Positions 12,249-25,752 of a stretch of 64,000 nucleotides of DNA are shown here, piece after piece; the stretch's first letter is position 1, and every line of letters begins with the position of its first letter. The stretch lies in the NCBI GenBank assembly GCA_951406725.2, contig OX597816.1, forward strand, positions 75,826,001-75,890,000, written 5' to 3'. The stretch comes from Octopus vulgaris (lineage: Eukaryota). Made by a program: the position numbers and the translations under genes. Below the pieces are notes generated by a model. The model had not been told where the DNA came from. It saw nothing but the letters and a program-made list of their open reading frames with translations, and did no database searches.

Positions 12249-13145
12249 CAGCAATGTATAATACTAATATTTGTAAAATAGTTTAATTATGTCCATGTAC
12301 TACAACACATTATCACTTTTAATTTTAAGACTATACAATAAAATACCAATTAATTCAAAACTGGCGGAATTTAAGCTCAAACGCTCTGAGTTGAGAATAA
12401 ATAATACACGTACCTATTACTTGTTAGACTCTTCTTTTGATCGTAAACTTTATACAATTATATTTGAATGTTGCCTGTGAACTTATCTGAATGACTTATA
12501 TTTACTTGCAAGCACGAAAGTAACGTCAGCTGCCAAGAAAGAACTCTACTTTGGGTAATGATACTTTGGGTATCTATTTCAATGCTATTATGTAGCCCTA
12601 CCAATTATAATTGCTTCCTGTAATGTAACACACTCTTATCTGACGTTGATCAATACGGAGCTTTGGCTAATGATTATACGTTAATTGAGTGAAGCTTGTA
12701 AAAAAATCATTTACTAAAAAACCTATTTTGAGCAACAGAACTTCTACAGAATCAACAAAAAAGGGAATCTGGAATTATGTAGAATGTGTAAATATCAAAT
12801 AATTGATTTGACTTTGCGAGTTTAGGTGTAGATTAGCTAAACAATTAATTTCAGTGTACTTTCATCGTCATTTTAAATAATGTAAGCTGGTCAGTAGAGA
12901 ATAGAAGGTAGACGAAAAGCAAATGGAGTTTATTGAATCACAGGCAGGTTATTAGGGACAATGAAGTGTTTGTTTACGCGAAGAGAATCCACAAGAGTAA
13001 GTCTTCTTCATCGTAGTGTACACATAATATTCCCATTCAATGGCCGGAGCGAATAAAAGATAAAAGATTATACATACATACATACATACATAAATACATA
13101 CATACATACATACACACACATATATACACAAATACGCACATATAT

Positions 13146-13825
13146 TCTTTTATTCTTTTATACGTTTTAGCCTTGAGGCTGCGGCCATACTGGGGCACCG
13201 CCAATATAATCACCTTTTAATTGGCCAATTCTATGGGATAGGCTTTTGGTGAAGGAGGGAGTTCGACACCGCTGCCCTCTTTTGAGTTTCCTGCCTTGAT
13301 ATTGGTTCATTTAGGATCTTGGATAGCAAGAGATCAAGTTGTTTCTTGAAAACATCTACTCTCACTCCATGCAAATTCCTCAGATGCCTTGGGAAGGAGT
13401 TAAATAGCTGTGAGCCCTTGAATCCCAAGCTATTGCAGTACATGGTCCTCGCCTTAGGTGAAACAGCTGGGACTTTTGGAACAGTGCAGTGACGTCCATT
13501 TCGAGGTCTGGTGTAACTTTTAGTTCCAAAGTTTGGTGTCAGCCCATCCAGTGTCTTCCGCACATATATCATTGCATATCTCTCCCGTCTTCGCTCCAGG
13601 GAGTAGAGTCGTAGCTCTTTTAGTCTCTCCCAGTAATTCAGCTGTTTCATTGACGCAATCTTCCTCGTGTGGTATCGCTGAACCGCCTCAAGTTCTGCTA
13701 TTAATCCTACAATGTAAGTTGACCAGAGTTGACAGCAGTAGTCCAGACGGGTGAGAACAAATGTCACCCATAGGACCAGCATAGTTTCCTGGTCTCTTAT
13801 TCTGAAGGTTTTCATAATCCAGAAT
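13146..13825 (-). mobile_element. 5'-truncated CR1/L2-group LINE (RT C-terminus plus 3' end)
   Basis: WIMKTFRIRDQETMLVLWVTFVLTRLDYCCQLWS...LEAVQR...LNYWERLKELRLYSLERRRERY...GSQLFNSFP is an open frame to the stop at 13231. The 3' end is ggcggtgccccagtatggccgcagc...(aaaagaat)n. Confidence 0.92.
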
Positions 13826-13856
13826 ATATATATAGCGCATCGGACAAAAATATGTA

Positions 13857-14050
13857 TATTAGCGTGTCGGACAAAAATGCTTAGCAGTATTTCTTCTGGG
13901 TTTTTACGTTCTGAGTTCAAATTTTGCCGAAGTCGAGTTTGTCTTTTATCCTTTCGGATTAATAAAATAAAGTAGCAGTTAATCACTAGGGTTGATATAA
14001 TTGACTTCTCCACACTCCCAAATTGCTGGCCTTGTGCTAAAATTCGGAAA
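13857..14050 (+). mobile_element. SINE family A copy
   Basis: acgttctgagttcaaattttgccgaagtcgagtttgtcttttatcctttcgg is homologous to the other family A copies. Confidence 0.85.
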
Positions 14051-14069
14051 CAATGTATGTATGTATGTT

Positions 14070-14133
<64 letters not shown>

Positions 14134-15639
14134 TATATACACACACACACAAACACACGGACGCACACACACGCTAACACACACACACAAACACATGCAC
14201 ATGAAGTTAAATACACAAGTGCAAAGTAACGAAATATCTGCCATTTTGACAGGGCTTCCACTGTTACTTCGCTGTGACTTGTTATTATTTCAGGGTGCCT
14301 GTTTACAGTAAGACAGACTGCTATATTTTAGAGTCAAACGCCATAATAACGTAAACAACGGTGTATCACTGAGATAATTGCAATCTGTGACCTCTCGCCT
14401 GCTCGTCCTGTACGCTGTCAACGTGGCCTTGTAAGTTACTGGAATTGTAATTGTAAACTACATGTTGATATAATGAAGCAATATAATATGTTTGGAATTT
14501 GTGAGGTGGACTGAGGTCATGACTATATTTTGTTTTATACATGAACATAATTTTTTCTTTCATTGCTTTCCATAAAACCTGAAGGACAGTCTATCCTTGA
14601 AAGATTTGAACGCAGAATGTTGAAGGTTGCAGCCACTTAATCGGTAGCTTTCAATCCAGCGCTCTACAGTTTTAGATATTTGCCTAACAAGTTAATTTTT
14701 TGCATTCTTACAAACAATAGTTTCCATTTGATTAGGTACAAAGGTCTCATATTTTGTAAGGAGAATGAAAGTTATAACCGTTACTTTTTTAAAGCGGATA
14801 TTAGTCAAAAGTCCCTCAATAAAAGTCACTTTCTTCGGTTTGTTTGGAACTTATCACTTAAAGGTGTTAAACATTTAATTCATTTAATCTACTGCTGATT
14901 ACGCCTCGAATTTATCACCGATGCTGAAAGCAAACCTATCCGGTTGAAGCATTATGAAAATTATCTGAAGGAAAGGGCCCTAACTGAATTAATCGATCGT
15001 TCTGTAATACTGCTATTCATTTTATTGATCTACTAAAGCGATGACCGATAAAATTAGTCCCGGTGAGATTTGAAAGTGGGATTGCAATATGCTTAGTCGA
15101 ACGCTTAACTGTATTTGCTACTTACATCGCACCTCTTGGCCTGTAGTAAAAACATTAATCATGTTGTATGTTCATTTGTTTACAAACAATAAAACAAGTA
15201 TATTTTTAACTATATATTGGATATAAGATTATCCCAATGTATTAGATCGTTAAATGTAATAATAGCCAATTTCTTTTGACCCGGGGGCCTTCTGCAATGA
15301 TAAGGTATAAAGATATCAAAACAAATTAGAAAAAGAACTGGAAGATGGAAATATAATAATTATTTTCCTAGGATATCTGACAAGTGACATGTGTGGTTCG
15401 TTTGAAAAGTATTTCTATTTTAAGTGGAAAATATCTAATATAATTTAGTTGGGCAGCATAGATGCATCGCACATGATTCTAGCTGCATATAAAGGTATGT
15501 GCGTATGAAGGTATGTGCGTATGAAGGTATGTGCAAGAGTTCGATCTCCCCATTAGTGTCGATAACCACAAGTATCCTATACAAGCGCCAGTACGAAGTA
15601 ACAGGGCACAAGAATTTTAAAAGCTGTCATGAACATGAA

Positions 15640-16435
15640 ATATTTTACAAAACGTTTTACTTTAAGGACGGTTTTCATTCGGGGAACAAAAACGTTGCAG
15701 GGAACAAGATTGGGTGAATAGGGAGGGTGGGTAAACGGGAACTTGGCCTTTTCCGACAAAAACTGTCTCACACTCAAGGCGGTGTGCGAAGGTGCATTGT
15801 CGTAATGAAACCACTACTCTCCACTTTGCCACTGGTCGGGGGATTTTCGTCTCGCCGTGTCTCGCAAACATTTCAGAACTGTCAAGTAAAATGTGTGGTT
15901 AACAGTTTGACCAGGAGGAACAAATTCTGTGTGGGCAATTCCTTTCACAAGGAACAAATCAGCATCGTCTTGACATTGGGCTTCACTTGACGCACTTTTG
16001 CGGGGCGAGGCGACATTGAATGCTTCCCTTGACTTGATTGCTGCTTCGCTTCCGAGTCGTAGCCGTAGCACCAGTGATGACCTTAGAAAAAAAGGTTCCG
16101 ATCAACTTCCAACTGTTCTTTCAGTTCAGACACGCATTCAGTCGTGACTGATTTTGATATTCTGTGAGCAAGTAAGGCACAAATTTTGCTGCAACACTTT
16201 TCATTCACTATTCCTCGCTCAAAATTCGTTGTCAGGAGTTCCAGAACATATCAGTAATATTAACAAGTTCGTCAATTGTTCGGCGAGGGTACTACAAGAT
16301 CAGTTTCCATTCGTTCGGGAGATCGATGGTCGCCCTGAACAAGATTGATCTTCAAGCGACAAGTGACCATTCCTAAAATGTGAAAACCACTTATCAACTT
16401 GTGTTTTGCTCATGGTAGCGTCCCTGTAAGCTGGT
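15640..16435 (-). pseudogene. Mariner (DD34D-type) transposase pseudogene
   Basis: The minus strand gives AKFVPYLL (WVPHEL-like), KVITG, VKTMLIC, GIAHTEFVPPGQTVN, DNAPSH and THPPYSPNLVPCN (YSPDLAP motif), with many frameshifts. Confidence 0.92.
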
Positions 16436-16695
16436 TGTGTTGTGGTGAAATCCTGATACCCCTGAAGGATAGCAAATCAACTGTCCTAAACCGTATATAG
16501 GTGCATGTGCACTAAGGACAGTGTGGTGTGTACTCTCTCGTGTTACGGTCAGTAGATTATTTTGAAGGTTTATTTGTTATTTGACGTTGAATTTTGTTGC
16601 AGGTTTTCCCATTTGGGAATCCCTTTGTTGAAAAATTGTTTGTCTTCTGTTGTATCCCCCGTTTAGGGGCGAATCGCTTACATTCTGTGTAAGAT

Positions 16696-17850
16696 ATGTC
16701 TACACAAAATGGAAGACGATTTTCGTACAAGCTAATGGAAAGCGAAATTGATTCGGAATATACCAGTGATTCTGGTGAAAGCAATGATTGTTACGCAGTG
16801 GGAAGGTACTTTAAGCGCTATAACATCAGGCCAGAAACTGTAAGAGAGTTCCAGACAATAGTACAGAGGGAAGGAAAAAACGTATGGTTGTCTCCTCCCG
16901 AGAAGGTCATGGAAAATACGAGAAGAAAAATAGTAGTATACAGGACGCTATCTCTAAAGACCAAAAAGAGAGAGATAGCGTATATAGAGGAAATTGAGAA
17001 GGTGCTGAAGCCTCTCATGTACAAGATAGCCTTTTTGAGAAGAGGGAAGAAATACGGCACTGTAGAAGCGCAGTTTTTCACCGAGAGCGATGCCAAGGTC
17101 GATTCAGCGATAGCCCTGCAAACCGGAAAACTAGCTCTTTTGCCAACTTACTTAGGCAAAAGAACCACTAAAATATCAATAGAAAGATTTCCCCAGAAAT
17201 ATAACCAGAATGGCTCCTGGCAGCAGTATTCACAAAGATAAAGGAGGAGGTTACTTTAATGGAACTCGAGGAAAGAAGTGTCCAGAACTGGCGTGGCAAG
17301 AGTATAAGAGCGACAATTCAAGCCACACCGGAGGACATCAACGGGATGCCGGATTTTATCATCCTTCCAGATGATTCAAAGTTGAAAGTAATGGTACAGG
17401 AGGAAGAGAAAAGAACGGGTGAGCTCCTCTCCAGAGAGCCAAAAAGGGTTGAAAGAGATTGAGATGGAGGAGAAGAGAAACATGTGCGAGACACCAACAG
17501 AATTAATAATGGAAGATGGCACAGAGGCAGAAACATCATTACAACAGGATGTGGAAGGCAGCAGCGTTATTGACTTTTTACAGGTCCAGACAGCCCAGGT
17601 CCGGAGCCGAAGCAAGCGGAGGTGAAAAGAAAAAAAGTACAAGTGGTATATGGTCACGTATACCAAAAGTACAGCAATAGAACGATTACAAAATTTTAGT
17701 CAATCACGAGAGCAAGGTTGCCTACGGAAAAATACTCGGAAAAAAATCAAAGGAATAATCATCGATAAAGAAAGATTCGAGAAATTAGAAGAACTATTTA
17801 GAAGTAGCATAGACCTGTTGGTGGTTGAAATCGAGTTCGACGATTTAAAA
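16696..17850 (+). pseudogene. gag/ORF1-like retroelement gene, copy 1 (frameshifted, zinc knuckle absent)
   Basis: ORFs 16696-17241 and 17259-17462 are collinear homologues of 38164-39178 (KIVVYRT, IEKVLKP, RGKKYGTV, LPTYL, NWRGKS, EDI, LKVMV). Confidence 0.7.
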
Positions 17851-17857
17851 CAACTAG

Positions 17858-18016
17858 ATCGACCACAGTACGAAACTGGTACTTAATTTTATCGACCCCA
17901 AAAGGAAGAAAGGAAAAGTCGACGTGGGCGGAATTTGAACATCAGAACGTAAAGACGGAACAAAAACCGCTAAGTATGTCGCCCGCCGTCTTAACGTTTT
18001 TGCCAGCTCGCCACCT
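17858..18016 (-). mobile_element. SINE family A copy
   Basis: ctggtacttaattttatcgaccccaaaagg...ggaatttgaacatcagaacgt...tgccagctcgcc. Confidence 0.88.
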
Positions 18017-18433
18017 TAAGAATCTAAGTGAAATATTGGCAATGTAATCTCCAGTTCTTCGAATCTTTACCCACCCTTCTTACGGCATAAAGGAACAATT
18101 ACAGAAAACATGTTATTAAAACAACAATAACAAAAACTTCGTAAAGAACTGTTGTAGTTTCTCCTTTAAAACTTCCATTTAATTCGAAGTAAAGTGACAA
18201 AATGGCTTCAACTTCAATTGGACTGAGATTGGAAAATTTGTCCATTTTGAAATTCAGGAGATCAATTAGCATTCAGTTCGACGTATGTCTCCTCGTAGCA
18301 ACACTTTTTTCCAGTATAATCGGTAAAATTCTCAGAAATTGTACCCCGTCCAAATACTAGTTTTGGAAAATACAACACACACATCCATACCTATCGACAT
18401 TTATCCACAAAGGCACGCACGCACACACACACA

Positions 18434-18499
<66 letters not shown>

Positions 18500-19513
18500 T
18501 ACATATCCAGATGAACATACACACCCGTATACAAGATCACTCACTCATATGAACACAAGAACACGCATTCACTCACTCACTGAAATATACCCAGACACAC
18601 AAACACACGCACACACAGTGACAGACACTTGTGCGCGCTCACACACACAGGTACTTGGGCGTGCACACACAGAGACAGTGTCGTACGTGCACACACATAC
18701 ACACACGAAATAAATTATATAAATTCAAATGGTATATAATTCAATTTAAAAGTGAAAATGTCATTAAAAACCCAAGGGAGAAACATAGTGAGTTAAAAAA
18801 ACATTCAGTATTTGGGGGAAAGAGAATATTTACAGTATTGTAACTTGATGAAAAAGATAACATACTAGCACAACAAAACTGACGGTTGTATAAACTCAGT
18901 AGGTGTAAAACATTTTAAAGAACAAACGATAGTTGCTATTGATAAAACTCAGTAGTCATTCTGTTAAAGGTGTGTTATATCGTAAATAATCGGTTTAGCT
19001 AGAATATAAGATAAAATCTTGTATTTGAAAACTGTCAAATAAAGAAACTTGCCCTATATTTGAGACCGTATAGATAGAATCATTACCAGTCCTTACAGAA
19101 TATAAAAATGGTTATATTAGGGCAATGATCTCAAGTCTTATCTTAATGTAAAAATACTCAGGGAAGGAGGTTCAGTGCTCATGGCCATATTCTGGCTCTC
19201 CAAATCAAGTGAAATTTTTTACAGTTGTTACAAAACCTGGTTATAGGACCGATAGTATTATTAAATTGAACAGGATGCTAAATCTACCATCCAAAAAAGT
19301 GTCATTTCCTATTTAAAAAGCAAATACTGGAAAATCCCCACCTGATTTTATATTGAAGTATATACCAGTATGTTTCTATGAAGATGTGTATGAGTTTCAA
19401 GAATCAATTCTTAACGTTGGCTCATTACGTTAATTAAATAAGTGAAATACATCTTTAGAGAAGGACTCGTTCTATCTTAGGTTACCTTACCAGGTTATTC
19501 CTGAGAGCTAAGT

Positions 19514-20078
19514 CAGGGCTCGGGAAACTTTTTTAACCAATTCCCCCAGGATATATTTATTTATGCCGACGTTACCCCCTTGATTTGAAAGGAAGAAAAT
19601 CATAGATTCTTTGAATTCAAAAGGTTTGCAGAATCTATTTATATGGAGAATACAATTATAAATATAAGAAGTATAAAACAAATGCGTTAAAATAAATTAA
19701 TATCCTCATTATGAAGCAAAAGGGTTTTTCTAGAAACTTCTTCACTTCAGGTTTTGGAGAAATGATATTTCATTTTTGTTACAATTACATCAGAATTGGG
19801 TCATTTTGATGCCAGAACAATTTAAAAACAGTGATCCAGTCGATTACTCTGCTCTGTTTTTATGCTCATGAGAGTGAAAAATCCTTGTTCGTAAAGGTAG
19901 GGTGTTGCAAAAGGCAGCGACCTTTTGTCTGCCTCCTCATGCCAGAAGAAAAAAATCTGACGTAACAAGAAACACGTTTTTTTATATATTTTTACTTATG
20001 TCCAATGAGTCCTAATTACCCCCAAGAATTTCATTTTCCCCTTACTTGGGGTAATTTACTCTTGTTCACCGACCATTG
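19514..20078 (-). mobile_element. hAT (Charlie-like) internal-deletion derivative with 8-bp TSD
   Basis: TSD AGCTAAGT at 19506-19513 and 20079-20086, with imperfect TIRs cagggctcgggaaac / gttcaccgaccattg. The minus strand encodes LPFATPYLYEQGFFTLMSIKTEQSNRLD (hAT dimerisation domain). Confidence 0.88.
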
Positions 20079-20516
20079 AGCTAAGTGAGCAGAAGTATGT
20101 AGAATTAAGTGCATTGCCGATATAGCACTTCTAGTAGATTTGAACTCAAGATCTTTGAACTAGTTCTTCATACCATACCAGTTTGTCATTTAACTTCTAC
20201 ATATAACGAAATGCTAACCATTAAATTTCGAAGTAACAATATTACCATAGCTGTCTCTTTTTCTCTTACTCTACATGATTTTATTCCAGGTGTAGAGAGG
20301 GCAGGTGTAAAAAGAATATAGTTGACAAAAGATAAAGAATGAAGTCAATTTTTTCTGGTCGTCCATGGATATCTATGAAGAGGGGATGTGTTGCAAAAAA
20401 ATGGTATTTTAAATATTGAATAAAGTATTGAACGCGTTTTTATTTGAGATGGTTGGAGATAGAAAGAAATCTAAAAAGAAAGAAGTCTATGAGGCGGTGA
20501 TGATAAGAGGGTATGA

Positions 20517-20575
<59 letters not shown>

Positions 20576-20635
20576 GTGAAATAGAAAGATGAATAATCTT
20601 GTAGTAGATTAATCAAAAGTTAATCTTCAATTCAC

Positions 20636-20690
<55 letters not shown>

Positions 20691-21734
20691 AGAGGGAGAG
20701 AGAGAGAGAGAAAGATAGCGTGATAGCGGCGAAAGAGATATTAAAAATATAAACATAATGCTAGATCTGCTTAAAATAAAAGTTGAATTATATTAAACTG
20801 TCTCTTAGCTAGAGTCTACTTCTTCGTGAATGTCTGCATAGGGTGATGATAAGAGCAAATGTCACGTAAACAATTAAATTTTATATATGGAATGAAGCTG
20901 AGTGCATTATCATTTTCAGCAGATGCACATGGAAAGAAATGTGAATAAATAAATAAATAAAATGTTGAAAAGCATTAACAATATATGTATATAATTATTT
21001 TAAAACTAAATTAAAACAAATCGGTGCTGTATCCTCTGTTGATTATATAATAGAAAATCTTAGCTTGAAACGATATACAATAGTAATATATAATAATAAT
21101 GTACGTGTTTTTGTGGGCGTTCATTCTGTAGTTTTCATGTTTACTCGGCAATAACAAGCAGACGTATATTCAGTAAGATACCTCTTACAAATATTTCTTT
21201 GCCTGTTGTTTAGCATATACTAGTTCAGTAGTTATGTAAACATGACATCCGTTAAAATTTCTTCTCGATTTGACAAGACTAATAGAAAATCAAATAGAAA
21301 TCATTCAATTATCACAAACCATTTCCTCATTAAATTTGGGTTTTTAACCAAACACTCTTAGATTTCTATACGAGAAAACTAATTAAACTTTAAATACAAA
21401 TGTTAAGTTAATGAGTAAATTATTTTGAAATAAGTTTTCCAGAAAATCTGAGATAACAGCATTTGAATATTAAGCTATCTACGGGTTCCTTACAATTGAA
21501 GCTATACCAATTATGCAGTGCTATTAAAGTTTAACATGCATTTTCTTTTCTTTCACGATTTAGTCAGAAGATAGAGCAACACCCATGCCATTTTTTAATG
21601 TATGCAAAACTGGCAGGATGAAAGGATAGAATACCTGCTAAAGGAAACTAAACACCAAGCAGTGGTGCACATCTAGGTGATACATTAAGTTAACTATCTA
21701 AGAAGAAATCGATCCCTTCAATGAACTTCCCATA

Positions 21735-21870
21735 AAGTTTCCGTCGGCCAAAGTTCACTCATATGACTTTGGACATCTCGAGGATATGGTAGAAGATACA
21801 AGCCGAAGGTGGTGTGCAGTGGAATTGTGACCGAAAATACATTGTTACGAAGTAAGCCCAACCACGCATT
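21735..21870 (-). mobile_element. SINE family C head (diverged)
   Basis: agtttccgtc...gtagaagatacaagccgaaggtggtgtgcagtggaattg is similar to 12100-12245. Confidence 0.6.
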
Positions 21871-21919
21871 CATGTCAGAAGAGAGGTACAATAGAGCGTT
21901 TGAGTGAACGTTGCTTATG

Positions 21920-22100
21920 CTAGAAATAGCTATCAATTATCCTTCAAACCACACCCTACCGTCTTAATAGGAGAAAGGATGTATTGTCTAAATTGTTCTT
22001 AGGTGTGCTATGTCTAAGTAAAAGTAATGACGGTCACGACAGAAACGCCCTTGATTATATATCTGCTCTGTCGGAACTGATCAAAAGCAAAACAACAACT
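21920..22100 (+). mobile_element. Dispersed SINE-like repeat, family D
   Basis: ctagaaatagc...cttcaaaccacaccctaccgtcttaa...gacggtcacg. Inverted homologues lie at about 35770-35905, 26265-26320 and 63860-63900. Confidence 0.55.
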
Positions 22101-22703
22101 ACTACAAGAGCAAAACAGCTATGAGAGATTTCAAAGAAAAGCCAATACATTATCTACAGTGACATTACAAGCAATATCTCTACGGTTATGAACTAGTAAT
22201 ATAGGATTTCAACCCACTATAAAAAAGAAGGTAAGTCACGAAGTGCATAACACATTCTTTACGTTTCCATTGTTCAAACTGTTAGAACTCCTTCAAATTA
22301 TGTACATTTCAATAAAATGGTCATGAAACGGCCATAAATGGCTGTAAGATCTCAAAATAGAAATAATTCCCGATTTTCAACTTACAAAAGGTTAAACCGA
22401 AGAATTTCTGCAATAAACGAATTAAGGCAGTTGTGACATTTTATTTCACCTTATTCTAATCTTTAACCATCAAATTTCTTATGTGTCAGATCTAAAGCAA
22501 ATCCAATTTCGATTAAATCTTCCGTAAATAATCGTCATTCCAAATGCAATTCATATAAAGAATAGAATAGAAGCAAGACGGTAATAACACCATTCACCTG
22601 CATAAAGTGATAAAATATCGTTGACTACAATAGAGTTAGCTACACATTTGTGTAAATATATTTCTACTTACTAACACTACACTAGAACACACACACATGA
22701 ACA

Positions 22704-22823
<120 letters not shown>

Positions 22824-22938
22824 ATTTATATAATATGAGTGAATATTATTCCAAACTTAATTAGATATAATATGTAATATTTCTAAATGTATAATTTAAT
22901 TTTTCATTATTGAATTGATAAAAGGTGTTTTTTGTCTA

Positions 22939-22987
<49 letters not shown>

Positions 22988-23001
22988 TATGTATATATAG
23001 T

Positions 23002-23050
23002 AACTAGAAAAGTACTCGAAGAGCGCAGGCCTCCGCCGAGCAGCTCATTT
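23002..23050 (-). mobile_element. Helentron/HINE-like 3' terminus
   Basis: The minus strand ends ctcggcggaggcctgcgctcttcgagtacttttCTAGtt next to (TA)n, resembling Helentron-associated element ends. Confidence 0.5.
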
Positions 23051-23589
23051 CCAACCATATACACGCATGCTGAAAATTGCCCAATTTCCCAAACGAACGC
23101 CAACTGGAGCTGTGTGTGTAATTCATTTCCAGTTGTTTCCAAACTACTAGTCAGGTCAGTATGAACAGTTTTAAATATAAGCTACTTTTAAAAGAGGTAT
23201 CTGTCTACTTACAAAACTAAACCTACCTTCCTAGCTACTTTGCATCCCTCTGTAGTCAGTATAGTATCAATCATTCCTCAAGGGTTCAGCATCAGTTGTT
23301 GCTACCACTGCCTCCTCCTCTGCTGCTGTTTTTAGCAACCCTTGAATATGTTAGCGTCATTTAATTTCTGAATTGTTTCGCTACCGTTTGTTTATGTAGT
23401 TTGATCTCTTTATCCATCAGTTTCTAGTAGGATAGATACGCGAGTAAAATTACTAATAGAGAAACGAAAATAAAACTTTGGAAACAGTAACGCCACCATA
23501 GGTTACGCGAAAACCATGAACATGTTTTCAAGGGAGATAATCAGAGAAAGACTTCAAAAAACGTAACATTGTAATACTCCTTGTTTCTT

Positions 23590-23721
23590 TCTGTGTTCCT
23601 TTCTGTGGAAGAGCGTAGGCTCGAAACGTAAAAGACTTTTTCAATTCCCGAGCGTTATAATAATACATCTGTTTGTTGTATACACCACCTGCCTTCGTCT
23701 TTTGTTTTTTCCGTAAATTCT

Positions 23722-23727
<6 letters not shown>
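23590..23727 (+). mobile_element. Penelope-type pLTR remnant with variant minimal HHR (23599-23634)
   Basis: cttt-CTGTGGAA-gagc(gtag)gctc-GAAA-cg-TA-aaag, then gagcg...taatac, then (TA)n. Homologous to 32100-32255 (-) and 59565-59680. Confidence 0.6.
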
Positions 23728-23795
<68 letters not shown>

Positions 23796-24008
23796 GTATA
23801 TGTATATATATATAAATACACACACACACATATTTATATATATCGTAATTCCTCTTACATTTTCATAACTACTAATACTACAAAGTAGAATAGCTGCTTA
23901 ACCGCTATACTGGAAGCAGACTGGGCTATGATAATCTACTTGGGCTCTAAACTTAACAAAGGCAATCATACATCTATTTGTAAACACGAGATACACTATA
24001 TATATATA

Positions 24009-24103
<95 letters not shown>

Positions 24104-25579
24104 ATATGTTAAGATTTACGAACACTGCTTTACTGTGACATAATCATTTTCAGACGTTTATATTCAATGTTGTGAACCTGGGACTCAGCTTAGCATGTGT
24201 TAAGTCATTTTGTTTTGTGATACCACCACTTTACATAAACGCTCTTTCTAATTAACAGGATCAATTAAGTGTGACATTGATTTTATTATATAGTCCCATT
24301 TGCTGAATGCCGTATTACTAAAGGTTAAGGAAGAAAAAGAAACAAAAGAAAGAACAACAACAACTAAAGTAACTGCAATAACTACACCGACTTACATAAA
24401 TACTAACTCCATCGGAAACCGAATTCTGAACCAATCTTTCCCGTTTTACGTGTGAAAATTCATGTACACATACGCGCGCACAAACATTAAGTAGTTCAGA
24501 ATGTATATATGAAATCTTGTTTGCGTTTGTATGTATTTGTGTGTTTTTAAACATCTTTTTAAATATTGTTCAGGAAATATCAAGTCACTGTCACAGACGT
24601 TATACATCAGAAACCCGCTTTTTTGATCGACTGCCAAGAACATTTGCCAAGGCAGCACTGCTGGAGTTATGAGATTGATTATACAAAAAGAAGACGTCTC
24701 CTTCCTTATTTACACTCGGCTTCTATTTACTTGGCTGCACATTTTGTTACTCAACGGATAAAACTGTCATGTATTAACAGCTTAGCAGCATCAGACTTCA
24801 TTAACTCTGAAAGGTTCTTAGAGCATTTAACGTACATCATGTTAATAAAGTTGCTCAGAACGATCTTTTCAGCTGTATGACATTTCTTTTGATGATTTAG
24901 TACTAGCTTTGTAAAACTTGACGGTCATTACTAATCTTCATAGTCAAAGAGCCAAACTTACGTACACTGTAGAGGATAACGTATTATTAAAATAGTGACT
25001 CCGAATAACTCGATTACACGCAGGTAAATTCGGAACATAATTACAATGACTTCTTGTCTTTAAAGTTTAGTTAAATTGTGATAAATATAAATGTTAATAG
25101 CTTAAGAAGATGCATTCATATTGGAAACGCTAAGCTAGTAAGAGGAATACATGCGATCGTTCAAAATTATCACGCTATCTTCATAGGAGATATTTTGGCC
25201 TTCATTTCTAAATCTCGACAAATTCATCCATCCGAAAATACATCATATAAATCTAAATTGATTTGTTATTTATTCATAGGTTAAATACCTGCGTTACGTT
25301 AACTTTTCCAGTTTGCCAATACTACAGGAGATAATTTTATCTTGTCTTTTAAAAATCTCATTTTCTTTCGATGGAAGGATTTACAGTAGATTTAAGTAAA
25401 TCTTATTCTTGTATCAAATATCATACTTCATATTTCATATACTTAACAGGAAGCTAATATTTCATATACTTCTGTTGTAAGATTTTGAGATTTCGGCCTA
25501 AACATTCTAGGCCCGAGCGAGATATTCAGATATTCAGACTGAATATCTAGCTCACATATATTCAGATATTCAGACAGTC

Positions 25580-25752
25580 TTTGATGGATCTCCGTCGTTC
25601 GACGATGAAACTTCAGTTGTTCGACGAACTAGATTGCTTACTTCTGAATTAAGACGTAAGTGGCTGAGAATTCTACAGACATGTGTACCAATAACGTAAT
25701 TTTTGGACAAGATCAGCGTGTGACAATGTGTGACAAGGCTATTCCTTTTGAC
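25580..25752 (-). mobile_element. Diverged SINE 3' fragment
   Basis: aagtggctgagaattctacagacatgtgtacc...cagcgtgtgacaatgtgtgacaaggct resembles a mollusc SINE body. This is from recall only; there is no second copy in the window. Confidence 0.4.

Noticed and set aside
13231-14244. 337-aa ORF as an intact gene
   Set aside because: It is a chance fusion of microsatellite, antisense SINE and a LINE RT C-terminal fragment.
15640-16435. Domesticated mariner (SETMAR-like) gene
   Set aside because: It has multiple frameshifts and stops and no SET domain.
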